Source of the DNA: the human T2T-CHM13v2.0 reference genome, Homo sapiens
Length of the DNA stretch: 64,000 bases
Assembly: GCF_009914755.1 (NCBI RefSeq)
Contig: NC_060929.1
Strand: one strand, 5' to 3'
The notes below the pieces were generated by a model that had not been told where the DNA came from, made no database searches, and saw nothing but the letters and a program-made list of their open reading frames with translations. Below, piece after piece: positions 58,010 to 64,000 of the stretch. The translations under genes were made by a program, and so were the position numbers. Position 1 is the stretch's first letter, and each line of letters starts with the position of its first letter.

Positions 58010-58235
58010 AGGATTGAAGCCTGGCAGAACTGTATTAAAATCCCTTTTGCATTTACTGGTTAAGTAAACCTAGGCAAGCTATTTCAGATTACTGGGTCTT
58101 CGAATCCTCATCTGTAAAATAAAACATTTTGTTTACATCACTGTTGTAAAGATTAAATAAGATGATCCATATTAAGTTCCTCACTTTGCTCCTGAACATA
58201 GAAGACCCTCAGTCATAGTAATTTTTATAATTATT
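58010..58235 (+). mobile_element. MIR
   Basis: AACCTAGGCAAG..CCTCATCTGTAAAAT..TTGTAAAGATTAAATAAGATGAT core. Confidence 0.65.
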
Positions 58236-58729
58236 CATACAATTATTTTCTGAAGTGGTTGCATTTCCCAATTACTGGTGTGGTACTCATTGTTTTCATT
58301 AAGCTAGAGGACGCCCTTGAGAAATGATCTAAGTGGAAAAGATAAAGAATGAGTGTAAAGGAAGCAAGTAGTTAGGAGCACTGCAAATTTATAGTGGAAT
58401 AGTGGAAAGGTTTTATTATGTGTTAATGGCAGCCAGTAGCACTGAAAATTCAAATGTATTATATTAAAATTATTGTACAGTCCTATAAAGATGGTTTTAT
58501 TTTTTAAACTTTGGATAGGTATTTGTTAAGTTCAATTTTTGCATAGACTTTACTCACAGAATTGTGAGAATGAAGCATCTTATTTATACTAGAATTAAGG
58601 GATTAGTAGTGGGTCTAAATATTTTAATCAATAGAGTCTCAAATTTCTTCACTGGGTTCAGACTGAAGTTGAGATAGATTTAGCCCATTATTCACTTTTT
58701 CTCCCACTGATTACAATTAAAAATTCTAG

Positions 58730-59189
<460 letters not shown>

Positions 59190-59899
59190 TTATGTATTCC
59201 AGCTTTGGTTTGAAGGTAGCTGAATCCCACAAATGCTTGTGTCCTTGGACGATAAATTCTCTAGGATAAAAAATCTCTTTCTGTTCAACACTTTGAAGTG
59301 AAAGGCCTCTGTAAGACACGAGAGTAAGTTAAGGAAAATACCTTGTTTCCCTCAATCTCTCTCCCAGCCCAAGAAATCTCAGCATCAAAGTCCCACTGCT
59401 GCTGTGGCAGGGATATTGGCAATGCAGCCCCACCAGCATCTAAATCCCTATTAAATGGCAAGAGAATTTAGGGAAGGTGAGGGGAAGGTCTTTTCTGGTC
59501 CAAGGAGTATTAGGTGACGTTTCTTATTTTCTCTTCCCTTTTTTTCTGGCTGCTCCCTTCTGACCAGTTACATAAATATGCAAACAGGGCAAGGGGCTAG
59601 AATCCTGAGACAAATCAATTTTTCCTGATGAAAGACATCAGGAAGAGAAGCCCTTGGGATCAGGAGAGTGTGGGGAGGAAGGAGCAAGAAGCTAGAAAAA
59701 GGTATACCCTAAATCTGCACATGACCTGACCCAAGTCTCAGGCTCACCGCTGAGCTCAACATGAATCTAACAGGTCACTAGCAACACATGAAAGGCATTG
59801 AGAACTGAGCTGCAGTGCAGACCACCCCTCAAGCACGCCCAACAACAGTGGCAGCAAAGTTTAGAGCATAAAACAGACCTTTTAAAGGAATTGAAAAGA

Positions 59900-60325
59900 A
59901 AGCACATCAACTGACAATAACAGAAATAATCTAAAAGTCAATTAACACAAAGATTACTGGAAAACCTGAAATATTTGGAAATTTTAAAACGTACCGCTAA
60001 ATAATTTATGGGTAAAAGAGTAAACTTCAAAAATGTTAGAAAATGTACTGAACTAAAAGAACATGAAAACAAAGTATTTAAAATTTGTGGGATGAAGATT
60101 AAAAGGGTACTTAGACAAAAAAAAAGTCTACCAGTAAATTCCTGTGTTAGAAATAAAGTTCTCAAATAAGTAATCTAAGATTTCACCATAAGAAACTAGG
60201 AAAAGAATAAACTCAATCTAAATCAAGCAAAAAGAAAATCAATTAATGAAGATAAGAGCAAAAATTTTAAAATTGAAAACATAACAAAAAGTAGAGAAAA
60301 CTCAATGAAATCAAAAATTGCTTAA
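59900..60325 (+). mobile_element. Ancient L1M ORF2 fragment
   Basis: A-rich; AAATATTTGGAAATT, AAAATTTGTGGGATG, AAGAAACTAG and AATGAAATCAAAA are typical of L1 ORF2 just after the endonuclease. Confidence 0.65.
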
Positions 60326-60671
60326 GCAAGACATGGCATTTGGCATCATGAAAATGATGAATCAAACATTAAAACTGTGATTTACCAAGAAAAATAATTG
60401 CAAGGAGTACAAAAATAATAAAAGTAGTGGTAGAGTTACTCTCTAAGAACATTGAGGAAAAGCTCAAATTGATTGTTATTTGCAGAGTCTCACTGCAGAG
60501 AGAGTTCATGGAGAAGAAAGAGGTCATTTGGCTGGGTGGAGGATGTAGCATATATAATCTACCTGAAGCAGGAGACAGCATACTTAGTTTGTACAGTGTA
60601 ATTTGTACAAGAATATCAAGATTAGATCCTATCGAGTAACAGAGACCATGGTGCAAGCTATGAGAATAAAA

Positions 60672-62090
60672 CATTCATTTTTTTACTCAAGAAATGTTTA
60701 TTAGATCCTACTACTTGTTCTAGGTGCTAAGATTAGAGTATTAATAAAAAGAGTCAGCCAGGCACAGTGGCTCATGCCTGTAATCCCAGCACTTCAGGAA
60801 GCTGAGGCAGGCGGATTGCTTGAGGCCAGCAGTTTGAGACAGCCTGGCCAACATAGTGAAACCCCGTCTCTACTAAATATACAAAAATTAGCCAAGCAAT
60901 GTGGCAGGCACCTGTAGTCTCAGCTACTCGGGAGGCTGAGGCAGGAGAATTGCTTGAGTCAGGAGGCTGAGGCTACAGTGAGCCAAGATCGTGCCTCTGC
61001 ACTCCAAGATGGATGTCAGAGACTCCATCTTGGAAAAAAAGAAAAAAGAAAAAAGAAAGAGTCAAAGCAATTGCCCTAATGGAACTCAACAAACTTGCAG
61101 GGGAACACAATAAACAAATAAATAATAAATATATAAGTAGTCGAATGGTTTTGGGTGCTACGGAGAAAGTGAAATAGGATAAAAGAGATAGGGAATGTGA
61201 GGAATGGGTGAAGATTGCTATATTACAATAAGTGATAAGGGACGACCTTTTTGATTTTGTAAACTTTGAGCAGAGATCAGAAAGGAGTTAGGTATGAAGA
61301 TATGTGGCTGAGAAGGATTCAAGGCAGCGGAACAACAAGTGTAAATGACTTATGGTCAGAGCACGGCTGATGTATTCAGAGAGCAGTAAGGTGTTGAGAG
61401 TGATTGGAGAGTGAAAGAGAGAGAGAAGAAGAAAACAGCCGGATCACACAGGCCCAGCCGAGCAGATCATGCATATACTCTGACAGTGGAGAATCTCCAA
61501 CAGAGGAGTGATGCAACCTGAGCTACCTTCCGAAAGGGTCTTTCTGGCTGTTATGTGGAGAACAGACTGGGGACTTGGAGGCAAGAAATCAATATTGGAA
61601 TGAGTTCAATGGGAAATGGAAGGAGAGTAAGTGGAAACAGCTAATTTAAATAACTTTTTAAAATAATTTTGCTGTAAAGGGAAAGGAGGAATGAAGCAGT
61701 AGATAGAGTGGCATGTGGCGTGAAGGAAGTGTTTTTATTATTTTTCACAGTGAAAATATGTTAACAAATGTTTGTTTTGATAAAAACAATCCACAGAGCT
61801 GGAAATACTAACGATGCAGAATATGGAGGGGAGGATTACTGTAGTTTAGAGTTCCAAGTTGTCAAAAGTAGAGGACTGGATGGAAATACAGGACTGGGGC
61901 ATACATGCTTGGTTACAGGAGGGAAGACAGATGTAGGTAAAGATGTACATGGTTTACTTCAATATGGTGTGGGGAACTTGTGGAATTTCTTTCCTGAATG
62001 CTTCTGTATTTGTTTGTTTCTTTGTGTTTTTCCCCTTGGAGTTGGAAATAAATTCATCAGCTGAAATTAAAGATAATGGAGGAGATTTTG
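60672..62090 (-). mobile_element. L2 fragment(s), interrupted by an Alu
   Basis: CATTCATT..AAATGTTTATT..CTACT..CTAGGTGCT (L2 3' end, reverse), TGCCCTAATGGAACT, TTTGAGCAGAGA, CTGGCTGTTATGTGGAGAACAGACT. Confidence 0.65.
60756..61058 (+). mobile_element. Alu (J/early S-like)
   Basis: Full Alu; TSD AAAGAGTC. Confidence 0.9.
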
Positions 62091-62239
62091 AAAAATTGCC
62101 ATAATGGGGAATAATGTAATTTTTGTTTTAGGAAAGAAAGTCTAGTATAGAAGTGGATTATAAGTGTATTTTTAGGTATGCCTCTCCAAACGTACTATTC
62201 GATTTGACTTGAAACTCTGGAAAAAAAATGGCAGTAAAA

Positions 62240-62285
62240 TTACTCGGGTTTCTTTAGAGAAATAGAACCAATAGGAGGGGTGTGC

Positions 62286-62319
<34 letters not shown>

Positions 62320-62692
62320 GTGTAAGGAGGAAGAGAGATTTATTTTAAGTAATTGGTTTATGTTATTATGGGGGATGGAAAGCTTGCAATCTGCAGGGCA
62401 GGCCAGCAGGCTGTAGACCCAAGGAAGAGTTAATGTTGCAGTCTCATGTCTGAAGGCAATCTGGAGGCAGAATTCCTTTTTCCCTGGGGAACCTCAGTCT
62501 TTTCTCTTAAGTCCCTCAATTGATTGGATGAGGTCTACCCACATTATAGAGGGTAATCTGCTTTACTCAAATTCTACTGATTAAAATGTTAATCATATCT
62601 CAAAAATACCTTCACAGAAACATCTAGACTGGCATCTGAACAAAGACTGAGTCCCATGGCTTAACCAAGTTGATACATAAAATTAACCAGCA
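62240..62692 (-). mobile_element. MLT2 (B/D-like) solo LTR with internal (TG)n at 62280-62323
   Basis: AGAGAAATAGAACCAATAGG..TGATTGGATGAGG..CAAGTTGATACATAAAATTAACCA. Confidence 0.85.
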
Positions 62693-63375
62693 TATGCTGT
62701 AACCAGAAAGGAGGCTAAACTCTAGGTCTTCCAGCAATTCTTTTGCTTTTTGCACTACTACATATTCTAGAAAGCTAAATCAGTACTTAGTATGCAAATA
62801 TGGGGTTTCCTTCTTATTTCATGGATATTCATCTAGTAAATTCTTGCTTTGATGAAATTTTAATAAAACCATCAGAGAAGATCAGCAGAGTGTGGGGAGG
62901 ATGTTGAAGTTAAAACATATAAACAAATGATACACACAATTAAGTATTAGCAAGGAACTGCTACTGTTACTTTATATCATGCAATCCCCACCCTAAGTTT
63001 AAAAATTTTGGTATTATAAATTCCTTATTACAGACAAGAAAATGGAGATTAGAAGATGTGACAATGTATGCTCTAGAGTCTAGGATTCAAATGCAGAACT
63101 CTGTGACTTCAGGGTCCAAGCTGTTATATTTTAAAATGCTCTGCCTTGGGCTACAGTCTGAAAAGAAGATGCAGGCTTGAGTTCTGGCTCAACCAATGGC
63201 TAACCATATTCCCTGGCATATCTTGTAAATAATATAAGTGCCAGTTTCTTTCTCTATACATGATAAAAATAACATTATGTGCTCTGTCTGGCAGTACTTT
63301 TTGAGGAACAGATGAGAAACTTCATGTAAAAGTCTTTCTAAATTTTAAAACAGACCTCATATATAAGTTTTTACT

Positions 63376-63731
63376 TCCTATGATCTGAATGTTTGTGTCT
63401 TCCCAAAATTTAGATGTTGGAACTTAATCTCCAATGTGATAGTATTAAGAGATTGGTAATTGGGCAGGTGATTAGGCAATGAGGGCTCTGCCCTCATGAA
63501 TGAGATTAGTGTTCTTATAAAAGAGGCCTGAGGGAGCTTCTTTGCCCCTTCCACCATGTGAAGGAAAGGCACCATCTTTGAAGCAGAGAGTGGGCCCTCA
63601 GCAGACACTGGACCTGCTGGCCCCCTGAATTTGACACCCCAGCCACCAGCACCCTGAGCAATAAATTTCTGTTCTTTATAAATTACCCAGTCTAAAATAT
63701 TTTGCAACAGCAGTCCAAATGGACTAAGAAA
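63376..63731 (+). mobile_element. MLT1A-like solo LTR
   Basis: CTATGATCTGAATGTTTGTGTC..GAGGGCTCTGCCCTCATGAATG..AATGGACTAAGA; TSD TTACT. Confidence 0.85.
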
Positions 63732-64000
63732 TTACTATTATCATGTGAAAACAATTAGTATTTCCCCCATGTATATTGATCTGCAGAATTATTTTAAAAA
63801 TGGAGCTACCTCACTATTGCTGACTTTGGAAATCCATATAATTTTAGAAAACAGAGGGTCCCAGGGCTTAGCAATTTGGAGTGATCATTGTTTTCTTTAT
63901 AATATTTGAAGAAAAAGTAAAAAGTAATTCAATTTAAATGTAAGAAATGTCCCTAGTTGATAAGAATTCAAGTATGCATTCAATAAATTGCAATATGGCA

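Overview
AT-rich, repeat-dense primate (very likely human) intergenic DNA. I find no credible intact protein-coding gene, rRNA, full-length tRNA or CRISPR array. Almost all listed ORFs are chance ORFs in Alu, LTR, L1 or microsatellite sequence. The window is mainly a retroelement fossil record: the 3' end of an ERV9-class provirus (env TM plus LTR12F-type LTR), an ERVL/MLT2 provirus with an internal inversion and inverted duplication, a complete THE1, a three-LTR tandem THE1, a nested MER57/MER4-group ERV1 cluster, many solo MaLR LTRs, about 13 Alus, and L1, L2, MIR and Tigger2 fragments. The only gene-derived element is a near full-length processed pseudogene of HPRT1 (~44212-45470, +) that joins exon 7 directly to exon 9, so it appears to be a retrocopy of an exon-8-skipped mRNA. 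There is also a 5'-half tRNA-Val(AAC) retro-fragment and a perfect 89-bp tandem duplication. I see no evidence of a new multi-gene biological system. Repeat subfamily names and HPRT1 comparisons come from recalled consensus or reference sequences and need RepeatMasker/BLAST confirmation.
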